Positions 42,182 to 52,119 of a stretch of DNA of 64,000 nt are shown piece by piece (positions within the stretch are counted from its first letter, which is position 1; each line of letters opens with the position of its first letter). A model generated the notes under the pieces. That model did no database searches and was not told where the DNA came from. It worked only from the letters and a program-made list of their open reading frames with translations. The stretch is taken from positions 39,122,001 through 39,186,000 of the forward strand of contig CAIIXF020000001.1 of the NCBI GenBank assembly GCA_903813345.2, given 5' to 3'. The position numbers and the translations under genes are program-made. The DNA comes from Owenia fusiformis (lineage: Eukaryota).

Positions 42182-42846
42182 CCTCCCTCCTTAAAAGAAA
42201 AGTTTTGAATGCAATGAAAAACTTTTACAATAATATCTTGGGTAGCGAGCATTACAATTTTTAAAAGTGAGGTTGAGACTTACATAATATTTGTTTACAA
42301 TAGTCTTTTTATATGCAGTATGTTTACAAGTATATAATACTTTCTATCGTTACAGTGTGAGTATAATCTAATAACATATAATGTTTTGTAATAATGTATT
42401 ACAATAGTATCATACTACAATGGTATCAAGCTAAGTTATGCATCAAGTCATAAATACAATACATGCAATAGATCATATAACTTGTACAATAGCATACATT
42501 TTGAGTCTGACAAACACTAAACTAGTACAATGTTTTAGATTATCACATGATCTTATGTAAGTATTTCTAATTGTAAACTCTGATGTTATCAAGTAATCTT
42601 GTGACACTATTTAATGATCACCTATAATGCTCACATAATCTAGATGCAATCTTATAGTTCATATAATATCAATTTCACTGTTTAGGCAAATGTTTTTATA
42701 TATTGTTAAAATAAAATGACAGTTATCACAAATGTCTAATTTGCCAACCATATAATATAATCTTCATGAGTTTATCTTTATAAATTACAATATCTGAATC
42801 TTGAATAACATATAGTTGTCATTTACATACAAGTTTGGCCTATGAG

Positions 42847-45552
42847 CTAAGAGCACAAGCTCATGTTGAGTAAAGAAATTTTATCACGCTCAACATACTT
42901 TTTCATCATGTGTAGCTCTCTACACCTCACAGGGGTAGTTTTATCAATGCCAATGAAATCATTCAGCACTGAGTCAGATTGTAAGTCAGATATAAGCTCC
43001 TTTGGTAGCCCAACAAATATGAAATTGTTGATTTGTGATTTTTCAATAATGTTTGCTTTGTTATTCACAAGCACAATGAGTGATTTTATTTCTGGAAACT
43101 GTGTGGTCATAGAGAGAATAGTGAGCAGATATTGATTATCAGATTTTGTTTTTGGTAATGGACCAACACAGTCAATAAGAACCTTACTAAATGGTTCATC
43201 AAATGCAGGTATAAGTTGTAAAGGAGTAATTGAGATTTTCTGGTTAGGTTTCCCTACCATTTGACATGTATGACAAGACCTACAATACTCTTGGACATCT
43301 TGTTTTAATTTGGGCCAATAGAAATGATTGAGTATTTTATGGTATGTTTTAGTTACTCCTAAATGACCTGCCATGGGAGAATCATGAGCTAGACTCAAGA
43401 TTTCCTTATGATATGATTTTGGGACAACAATTTGATGTACAATTGCCCAATCATCTTCAGGGGAAGCTTCAGGAGGTCTCCACTTTCGCATTAATATGCC
43501 ATCCTTTTTGTAGAAACAAACAGGGACCTTGACAGCTTCATCAATTGTAAGACATCTTTTATGAAGATCAATGAGTGATGGATCATGCTCTTGTTCATAA
43601 ATTAACATGTGTTTAGAATGAGGATCATTTTTCAAAGAATCACTATCAGAAATAGAGGATGAAACCTCAGAACTAGAAGAGGATGAAACCTCAGAACAAG
43701 GAGGGGATGAAACCTCATGAACACTAGCAGAAGAAGATGAAACTTCATCAGGACTAGCAAGAGCGGGCGAAACCGCATTAAAATAGTGATCCTGCTCAGA
43801 AGGTGAATCACCCCTGGCAATAGGCTTTTTCAATGAAGAATATGCCTCATTAGATCGCTGCTTGGCTTGAACAGAAGGCTGTTTCAATGAAGAATTTGCC
43901 TTTAAAATAGGATAAGGATCATCTTTAACAAGTGGTGAGTGACATTCATCATCAAACAAGGAGCTTAAAAACCCACTATCAAAGTCATCTCCCACAGACA
44001 AATCCCCGCTATCAGCTAACTTTTTAGCCATAGCCCTAGTAACAGCACAAGCAGGATATATATCAGAGTCCTCTTGGACAGAATCCTCAATAGAACAAGG
44101 CTGATCTGAAACAATGGGGTCTAATGATACCTTACCCCCAGCTAAATCATTGCCTAAAAGCAATGCGACTCCTTCAACAGGAAGTTGTGGCCTAACACCA
44201 ACAATAACTGGCCCTTTGACTAACTCTGATGTGATATGAATACGATGGAGGGGAACTTTAGTAAAACCTAATTCAATGCCTTGCATCAAAATATGGGTAC
44301 CTGTGAATGACTCCTCAGATAAAGGAAGGACACCTTCTAACAACAAAGTCTGTGATGCACCCGTGTCTCTAAGAATCTTAACAGGCTTTGAATTGGTATC
44401 ATCACTTGAAAGTGACACAAATCCTTCCGACATGAAAGGCTTATAATCCTCCATAATATCACTATGAGTAGATTTCTCAGTATGAGTATATGAATCCCAA
44501 ACAATGGGCTTTCTTGAAATGGGAACTGTAGCACAACCATTTGAATGAGCAGAACCAGACATCTCTCTTCTATTCTTTATCCTATAGCATTCAGATATAA
44601 GATGACCAGGCTTTTTACAATAATTACAGGTGACATTTGATTTTGGACCTGAAGAATTTGATTGATCTGATTTTGAGCTAGAATTCTGTGATGAATTAGA
44701 CTGGTCTTTTGCTTTGTTTGATGCATTTGATGATGAGGACTGATTTGGTTTTGAATCATATGAAGGTTTGTTACCTTGATAACCTCTAAAGTTGGGATTA
44801 CCTTTGAAAAAACTACCCTTATGAGTAAGAGCATAATCATCAGACAGGGTGGCAGCTTGGCTTAAAGTTTCTACCTTGTGTTCATCTAAGTAAGTTCTAA
44901 TGTGATACTGAACACAGTTTTTAAATTGTTCTATTAGCATAAGCTCTCTGAGCTTTTTAAACTCTTCAGATACATCTTTAGAGACAAGCCACCTGTCAAA
45001 AAGCTGCTCTTGCTCTCTAGCAAACTCAACATGGGTTTGGTCACTCTGTTTGTGGGCATTTCTAAATTTTTGTCTGTAAGCTTCTGGTACTAGTTCATAA
45101 GCTTTAAGAATTGCATTTTTAACTAGGTCATAATCAGAGCATACTTCTCCTGAGAGAGAGGCAAATATTTCACTTGCTTTTCCAATGAGTACACTCTGGA
45201 GCATAACTGGCCATGCAGATTTAGGCCAGTCTAGGCTCTGAGCAACCTTTTCAAAATGTGTAAAGTATTTATCAACATTTTTCTCTTGAAATTTAGGTAC
45301 AAATTTGAGAAATTTTGAAGCGTCAAACCTATTTTCAAAATGTTGATGCATAGTAGCATGTTCATCAGTTTTGGATTGAGCTTCTATTTCAAGACGTTTT
45401 AACTCAACCTCTTTTTCTTTTTGAATTTCTTGTTCTCTTATTTCTTTTTCATTTTGCATTTCTTGTTCTCTTAATCTTATTTCTTTTTCATTTTGCAATT
45501 CTTTCTCTCTCAATTCTCTTTCATTTTGTAATTTGAGTTCAAGTTCTCTCAT
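42847..45552 (-). CDS. Gag (coiled coil, SCAN-like capsid, CCHC knuckle) - aspartic protease - truncated integrase polyprotein, 901 aa
   Basis: AYELVPEAYRQKFR...LFDRW...ELMLIEQFK (capsid/SCAN-like), CNYCKKPGHLISEC, ILRDTGAS protease motif, integrase zinc finger HDSPMAGH...CHTC and core start FSKVLIDCVGPLP. The integrase follows the protease directly, which is the Gmr1 order. Confidence 0.92.
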   Translation of the reverse strand: MRELELKLQNERELREKELQNEKEIRLREQEMQNEKEIREQEIQKEKEVELKRLEIEAQSKTDEHATMHQHFENRFDASKFLKFVPKFQEKNVDKYFTHFEKVAQSLDWPKSAWPVMLQSVLIGKASEIFASLSGEVCSDYDLVKNAILKAYELVPEAYRQKFRNAHKQSDQTHVEFAREQEQLFDRWLVSKDVSEEFKKLRELMLIEQFKNCVQYHIRTYLDEHKVETLSQAATLSDDYALTHKGSFFKGNPNFRGYQGNKPSYDSKPNQSSSSNASNKAKDQSNSSQNSSSKSDQSNSSGPKSNVTCNYCKKPGHLISECYRIKNRREMSGSAHSNGCATVPISRKPIVWDSYTHTEKSTHSDIMEDYKPFMSEGFVSLSSDDTNSKPVKILRDTGASQTLLLEGVLPLSEESFTGTHILMQGIELGFTKVPLHRIHITSELVKGPVIVGVRPQLPVEGVALLLGNDLAGGKVSLDPIVSDQPCSIEDSVQEDSDIYPACAVTRAMAKKLADSGDLSVGDDFDSGFLSSLFDDECHSPLVKDDPYPILKANSSLKQPSVQAKQRSNEAYSSLKKPIARGDSPSEQDHYFNAVSPALASPDEVSSSSASVHEVSSPPCSEVSSSSSSEVSSSISDSDSLKNDPHSKHMLIYEQEHDPSLIDLHKRCLTIDEAVKVPVCFYKKDGILMRKWRPPEASPEDDWAIVHQIVVPKSYHKEILSLAHDSPMAGHLGVTKTYHKILNHFYWPKLKQDVQEYCRSCHTCQMVGKPNQKISITPLQLIPAFDEPFSKVLIDCVGPLPKTKSDNQYLLTILSMTTQFPEIKSLIVLVNNKANIIEKSQINNFIFVGLPKELISDLQSDSVLNDFIGIDKTTPVRCRELHMMKKYVERDKISLLNMSLCS

Positions 45553-45637
45553 TTGTAATTGCTGTCTTCACAATTTAAATATACAAGTTTTGGATTTTGA
45601 ATTTTAAAATATTTGTATTTTAGCTTGTTGTAGTTGT

Positions 45638-45655
45638 ATCCCGGACGAGCCCCCA
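45638..45655 (-). other. Primer binding site complementary to the tRNA-Pro 3' end
   Basis: Minus strand reads TGGGGGCTCGTCCGGGAT, 5 nt inside the 5' LTR boundary; this is the canonical 18-nt tRNA-Pro PBS. Confidence 0.92.
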
Positions 45656-45660
45656 ATTTC

Positions 45661-46558
45661 TGTTACGTTCGAAAATAACAGAAAGTAAAAACAGCAATTA
45701 AAATATGATAACAATATATTTATATTTTGAAAAACTAAATAATATAACAATAATATAAAGGAGGTTTAATACTTAAGTGATGTCCAATCAATGATACGAC
45801 TTATTCTTGATGTCGATAAATGTTGTTGACGATCCTTGAGAAAGTTCCAGATCACGAAATGTTTCAATAATCGTTAATAGTTCTCCAATGTTTGTAATAA
45901 TCCAATAATGTTTGTTGTAATCCTATAATGTTCGTATCCAATAATGTTTGATGATAATCCACAAATGTTTATGATAATCCACGAATGTATATGATAATCC
46001 GTATATTGTGTGTGTTGTAATATATGTCCATATAAAGTCCTCAGGTTGTATGTTTACACTGTTATAAATGTTCCCAAAGTAGGTGTCTGTAATTTTCTGC
46101 TAAGAAGATGTCCTTTTGATAGACTTTGAAATTCTGCTTTATTTAGTTCCTTTGAGATGTCCAGTTATGATGACTTAATTATCTGCTACAGAGTAGATGT
46201 CCAGTTATGATGACTTAATTTATCTGCTGCTGAGAGCCACTGTGCAGTTCCTTTTATAATGTGAAAGAATTATCCAGAAATGAATCTTCCGGAACTACAT
46301 CTTGATTGGACATCTTTAGTGACATGATTAAATTTTAATGAATGGTTATAATTTCTAGAACTCTCTGGATGGTCAAGGGTTAATGAGTCATTCAGTTTAG
46401 TTTTGTTTACAAGATACAGTGTATAATGTCATTGTGACCTTGACCTAAGATCTCTAATAAAGAATAGCTCAACATATACAACAAGCATAGATTACAAATT
46501 AAAAAACTATAGGTGAATATAGTAGAATATAATATACATGTAGCTCACTACTGTAACA
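45661..46558 (-). repeat. 5' LTR (898 bp)
   Basis: Direct repeat of 41284-42181; followed on the minus strand by the PBS. Confidence 0.95.
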
Positions 46559-48770
46559 CTTATTTGGATATTTATTTTCATTTTCTTTGCATATACGGTC
46601 GTAGATATTATATGGAACAAATTGCGGTAAATGCTTTCCTGGCCTGTCTGGGTAACCATAGTTACCATACCAACCAAAGTCACACAAATTATCGAGTAAT
46701 TATTTAGCTCCAACATCAAAGTATTAAATCTTACCTTAGACATGTAAAACGCTTGATAATTGACGAAATATATTCAATTGAATTATATTTTCATTATCGC
46801 CTGCCATGTTGCTAAATGTTGTTTCCGGTAGTCTAAATGTAAAACATGTATCGAAACGGAATCATAATTCTCCATTTCGCTGTTCGCTCTTTGAATCAGA
46901 ACGTTCGCATATATGGTGCATATATGTACTCAAAAAGGACAAAATTTGATTGGTCAATATTTTTCAACGATGCATTTCGTGTAGCTATTTGTGAGACCCG
47001 AAAGTTCTAAATCAAATTAATTACGCAATTTTGTTTTTACACCCGCAAGCTAAATAAAAAAATGACACCATCGGAATTCTTCTTCTTTGTCATTGAATTA
47101 ATAGTCAGTATACCAGATTTAATCAATAAAAGATTATACAATTAACAACAAAATTCGGAAACGAGTATGTAAGATTTGCTTTCGAACCACTAAACTTGAC
47201 CTAGATAATAGCGACGTGTCTTCTTTGGTCAAATGCTCAGTTGTTTGTGGGTTTTCAACGTAACTCTATAATGTAATATGAAGATGAGTACTTTTATTCA
47301 GTTGTTGCATCGATGTTACAGTTTGTAGTGCGGTAATATTGGCATGAACGTGTTGAAAGTCGAATGGAATTGCTTTTTCCAATATGGCGACTAGTCACGT
47401 GACTTCTTCTCTTCCGGAATATACTCCCATTTTCAATCATTGTTTTCACCCCGTAAGAAGCCAATAAAATGAAAAAAAATATATGTTATATAAAGATTAT
47501 TAAAAGACTAATTGTTTCTGATAGTTTGTTTTCTCCGATCGCATGGAGATTCGATCGAAAATATCGCTTGAAAAATGGGTATGAAAATCCCCATGTTAAA
47601 CCAACGGGGAAAAACAAGGTAGAAAAATTTTGTTCCCCTGCGAACTGCATCATGGGAAATATTTTGACCTTATAAGGAAAAACTTTCGCGCCATCTTTAT
47701 TAGAGATTCAATACTACCGAATCCGCGATTTTAAGAATTATTTATTACGCAGAGATCGATTCCAAAGCCGTTCTCTCATACTTATCACTTTTCTCATTTT
47801 GAAACAATAACTTTTCTAAATAACTTCCCTTCTTAACGGCACTGCTTCCCTTTCAACTGAATCTTCGTGTAACAAATACTTATGATTTTGTTCGATTTAG
47901 ATTTACATCTAGACTCAGATTAACCCGGAAGTGACCTTGGTATGGCAAAATGAAAAAATTTTAAAATTTAAGCGGCATGCTTATATTTCTTCAATTACCA
48001 AGCGTTTTACGTGCCTAAGGTAAGATTAAATACTCAATAGTTGAAGCAAAGAAATTTATTTATCATTTGTGTGAATTTGGTTGGGTAGACAGGCCAGGAA
48101 AGCATTTCCCGCAATTTAGATGAGGGAAGTGTGTATGACGCTCGTATGCAAGAAAATAAGAAAAAATAAATATCCAAATCAGAAAAAATAACAACAGATA
48201 ACAACATACGAGGGTCAGATTTATATGACTAGGCCAGGGTGAGCAGCTGCTACACCTTATCCCGTTCCAGGACTATAGTCCTGTACTGAGCGCATACATT
48301 TGCCTGTACGATTACAACTTGGGAGAATTATCTACGCCCCTTCCACTTAAGAAACCTACCTCAATACATTCTAGAACTCAAAATATAACTTCTAATATAG
48401 ACATTCTATTGGAACCGCCGATTGTCTCACGGACGTCAAGTACGTTTCTGGCGAAAGCTGGAGCATAGATTATTTAAGAGGACTGGAAACAAGATGGCAG
48501 TCTATTTCACTTATACCAATTCGTGTTGGCCTATTTATCACTATTGACTCAGTTGTTCATCTAGTTTTACTTACCTTAGATGCTTAGTAATCTATTTAGT
48601 ATAATATTGTTTCCAAAATTATTGTCACTTGCGAAAATTAGTACTAAAAGTACTTTGAACAGGTCAGCTGCCATTTGCTTGGCTGATCGTACCAGTCCAC
48701 AAAAACAGTGAAATCATATTAAAAATACCAATAAAACTTTAAAATTGAGGCAGATGCGATACAAAAAGAC

Positions 48771-49688
48771 CACATGCTATCTATTGCAAGACTTACGCCT
48801 GGCGTAACCGTCACCATGTTATTTAGTGTTTTTTAAGTAGCGCAAGGATCCTGCCATGACCGTGGTAGTGTTATCGCGTAAGCCTGGTATAACCGTGACA
48901 ATGCTGTATTATATTGCAACGTCTGTCATGACCGCGGTAATGTTAAAGCCCCGTATGACCGTGACAATGGTTGCAAGGCCTGCCATGACCGTGGTAATGT
49001 TTAGGCCTGATACGACCGTGACAATGCTTGTAAAGCCTGCCATGACCGTGACAATGCTGTATTATATTACCGTATATATAGTATGACCGTCATAATGATT
49101 GAAAGGCCTGTCATGACCGTGAGAATGTTAAAGCCTGTCATGACCGTGGTAAGGTTAAAGCCTGATATGACCGTGACAATAGTTGCAGGGCCTCTCATGA
49201 CCGTGGTTGTATTTAAAGTAGCATGAGAACACCGTAATGACAATTTTTCTTCGTGTTTAACTACCTTAAATATGTAAATAAAGACTACTAAAAATGTGTA
49301 TTAATTTCACAACGAAACCCTAATTTTTAACTCATAAATAATTTGCGAACAAATATATCTCTACTATCATTCAAGGAGGTTCGATTCGAAAGCACATACT
49401 TTCTATAATGATCAATTAATAAGCCTTTATCCATAAAAAATACTAACAGCAACGGGTGAAACATGAAGGTCATCAATGTCATATAAAGGTTACGGCCGCG
49501 CCAGGCTTACACGATTATACTACCACGGTCATGACAGGCATTGCAATATAATACAGCATTGTCGCGGTTATACCAGGCTTTCACGATAACATTATCACGG
49601 TCATGGCAGGATCCTTGCGCTACTTAAAAACACTAAATAACATGGTGACGGTTACGCCAGGCGTTAGTCTTGCAACAGATAGGGTCTC
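48771..49688. mobile_element. Foldback DNA element with catgaccgtg tandem modules (copy 2)
   Basis: Long TIRs; TSD aaaaagac (possibly 9 bp, caaaaagac) on both sides. Confidence 0.85.
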
Positions 49689-49844
49689 AAAAAGACTCTA
49701 TTAATACAGATATACAGGTTACAGTCACCAATATGTGCTAATTTCAGGCGAGATTAGGGAAATAAAAAGGTAGGTCATTCTTGTTTCCAGTCCTCTAAAT
49801 AATCTATGCTCTGGCTTTCGCCAGAAACTTACTTGACATCCGTG

Positions 49845-50158
49845 GATTGTCTGGGTTAGTTGGCAGAACGAGGTCTTTTTGTTTCTTATGGCTCTTTTGG
49901 TCGAAGTTCGATTAAGATGGCGGTTATAACGGAATTTCCCGAACTTTTCCGTAATAGCACGAACTTGGTATTTCGTTACGTCACTTCCGTGTTTAAATGG
50001 ATTTGTTTCCGGTAAGAAACATTGTTTAACCATTCGGTATACAGTTAAGAGCATAGGATGTCGACATGGCAGTAAATATTGAAAATATTATCCGAACTTC
50101 GACCAAAAGAGCCATAAGAAACAAAAAGACCTCGTTCTGCCAACTAACCCAGACAATC
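49845..50158. mobile_element. Small element with 66-bp perfect inverted arms and a promoter-motif-rich core
   Basis: gattgtctgggttagttggcagaacgagg...cgaagttcg is mirrored at 50093-50158. The core contains aagatggcgg, ttacgtca and cacttccg. Confidence 0.75.
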
Positions 50159-50557
50159 GGCGGTTCCAATATATTAGAAGTTACATTTTGAGTTCTAGAA
50201 TGCATTGAGGTAGGTTTCTTAAGTGGAAGGGGCGTAGATAATTCTCCCAAGTTGTAATCGTACAGGCAAATGTATGCGCTCAGTATAGGACTATAGTCCT
50301 GGAACGGGATAACCTACACCCCCCCCCCCCGGCTACGGGCCTGGGATTTTGGCTGAATCAGGCTGTCCAAATTGTCCCACAATTTGCGTATTTGTCACGG
50401 ATTTGCTGGAAAATTTGAATTCGCGCCAGTTTTTTTTGAGTGACAGAATATGTCACGTAAATACGCATCTCACCTTATCAAAAATATTCCTGTAGAAAAA
50501 CTTCAAAAAAGTGATCGCCGATACAGCGCAAAACCGAACGCCGAAAAAAAGAACATA

Positions 50558-51019
50558 CAGTGCTGATACAAATTAATTGATAAGTCGTATAGTTGGCATA
50601 TTTTCTTGAATTTTAACATTTTATGTCCCAAACTCCCAAAAACTGCAGAAAAGTATACACCGTAAATCATATTTACCAAAATGAGTGTCTCCAAGGCTTC
50701 ATACCAGCATATGCATAATGCATTTGTCACGAGTTTGAGCTGAAACTTTGCTAAAATGAAGTAGGCTAAGGATAGTCTCTGCCAGGTTGGTACTCAGAAG
50801 CAAATAATTCATGTGCGCAAAATAATCAAATAATCTAATTGGTTTAAACTTTGCTGCACATGCGCACAATGTGTGTCATGTTTTTTTCTAGTGATTTCGT
50901 TTCGTTTCATGGAGTTTGCGTTTCAGTGTAACTTCTATCAGATAAGAGTCTCAGGGGTATGTAGGCAAATTCACTTTTTAGTTTGAAAACGCACCCTTTA
51001 TTATTCTATATCAGCACTG
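50558..51019. mobile_element. TA-flanked Tc1/mariner-type MITE (inverted copy of 28177-28786)
   Basis: ta|cagtgctgata...tatcagcactg|ta. Confidence 0.8.
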
Positions 51020-51114
51020 TATTTCGTTCGGACCGTATATGTCACTCATTTTTCTCGAAATATTTCGTACCTATCCCCCCCCAAAAAAATTATCTGAAAC
51101 AAAAATGGTAGTCA

Positions 51115-52023
51115 CACGCGGTAGTATCTCTTCGGGACGTATCGAAACCACTCCGTCCCGAAAAAACCGTTAATTTGAATTTAAAACCTACCCCAGTGTT
51201 TGAAAATCAAGGATTGTGAGTCTCACACTTCACCGTTTTTCTTCAAACTTGTTCCGTACAAAGCTTCACAGAAATACCTTTCAGTCGATACATTGTTTTC
51301 GTGTACGGAGTACCTCGTTTTAGCGGCGTTTTGGTCCCCAGCTGCGAGATAAAGCAAATTTTCATAACTTTCAACTTTAAGTCAAGTTATCTCGCCAGTC
51401 TTTTACCCATTCTCGCTCATAATTTCAGAATGGACTCCCATTACAACCTTCCATCGCTACGTTTTGATTTTTGGGCATCAAACGCAGCAGTTTCTAAATC
51501 ATCCACACATCTCTTAAAATTTGACTAATACGTCCCGTCACCTTCCACTATACACTATACACGTTTGTAGTCATAGACTCGGCGGGGCGTAGTGGAAGAT
51601 GACGGGACGTATTGGTCAAATTTGAAGAGATGTGTGGATGATTTAGAAACTGCTGCGTTTGATGCCCAAAAATCAAGACGTAGCGATGGAAGGTTGTAAT
51701 GGGAGTCCATTCTGAAATTATGAGCGAGAATGGGCAAAAGACTGGTGAGATAACTTGACTTACAGTTGAAAGTTATGAAAATTTGCTTATCTCGCAGCTG
51801 GGGACCAAAACGCCGCTAAAACGAGGTACTTAGTACACGAAAACAATGTATCGACTGAAAGGTATTTCTGTGAAGCTTTGTAGGGAACAAGTTTGAAGAA
51901 AAACGGTGAAGAGTGAGACTCACAATCCTTGATTTTCAAACACTGGGGTAGGTTTTGAATTCAAATTAACGGTTTTTCGGGACGGAGTGGTTTCGATACG
52001 TCCCGAAGAGATAGTACCGCGTG
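51115..52023. repeat. Near-perfect ~0.9-kb palindrome (foldback element)
   Basis: Arms ~51115-51550 and ~51590-52023 with a ~40-bp spacer; the mirrored ORFs at 51301(+) and 51555(-) reflect this. A related fragment lies at ~57482-57620. Confidence 0.9.
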
Positions 52024-52119
52024 AGTCATAAAAAGGAAAATAAAAAGTCATAAAAAGTGAAACAATCTAGAAACAATTCTCTCCAGAGATAGATCGAGGC
52101 TTGGTCGATTTGCATGTTT

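Larger units (their letters stand above)
41284..46558 (-). mobile_element. Gypsy LTR retrotransposon, Gmr1-like, non-autonomous (no RT/RNase H)
   Basis: Two 898-bp TG...CA LTRs, 4-bp TSD ctta, tRNA-Pro PBS, polypurine tract and a gag-pro-partial integrase ORF. Confidence 0.95.
41230..48231. mobile_element. DNA element with TAG...CTA termini and a 9-bp TSD (AcademH- or Mutator-like), host of the LTR element
   Basis: TIR tagtcatataaatc(c/t)gacc; TSD ggccagggt at 41221-41229 and 48232-48240. The left TIR continues after the LTR element (46559-46660 pairs with ~48077-48180). Confidence 0.8.
48257..50312. mobile_element. DNA element with ~240-bp TIRs and an 8-bp TSD (one mismatch)
   Basis: ttatcccgttccaggactatagtcct... 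is mirrored at 50312. The left arm 48257-48495 pairs with 50312-50151 plus 49844-49780. Flanks are gctacacc / cctacacc. Confidence 0.8.
40989..50343. mobile_element. hAT-like MITE (~280 bp originally) expanded to 9.35 kb by nested insertions
   Basis: TIR cagccccgtagcc / ggctacgggcctg; 5-bp TSD ggatt on both sides. Confidence 0.75.

Noticed and set aside
45638..45655. tRNA-Pro-like sequence
   Set aside because: Only the 18-nt PBS of the LTR element, not a tRNA gene.
48856..49086. ORF with repeated MTVTM motifs
   Set aside because: Translation of the catgaccgtg tandem modules of a foldback element.
51301..51737. Two near-identical convergent ORFs
   Set aside because: Mirror products of the palindrome arms; no domain recognised.
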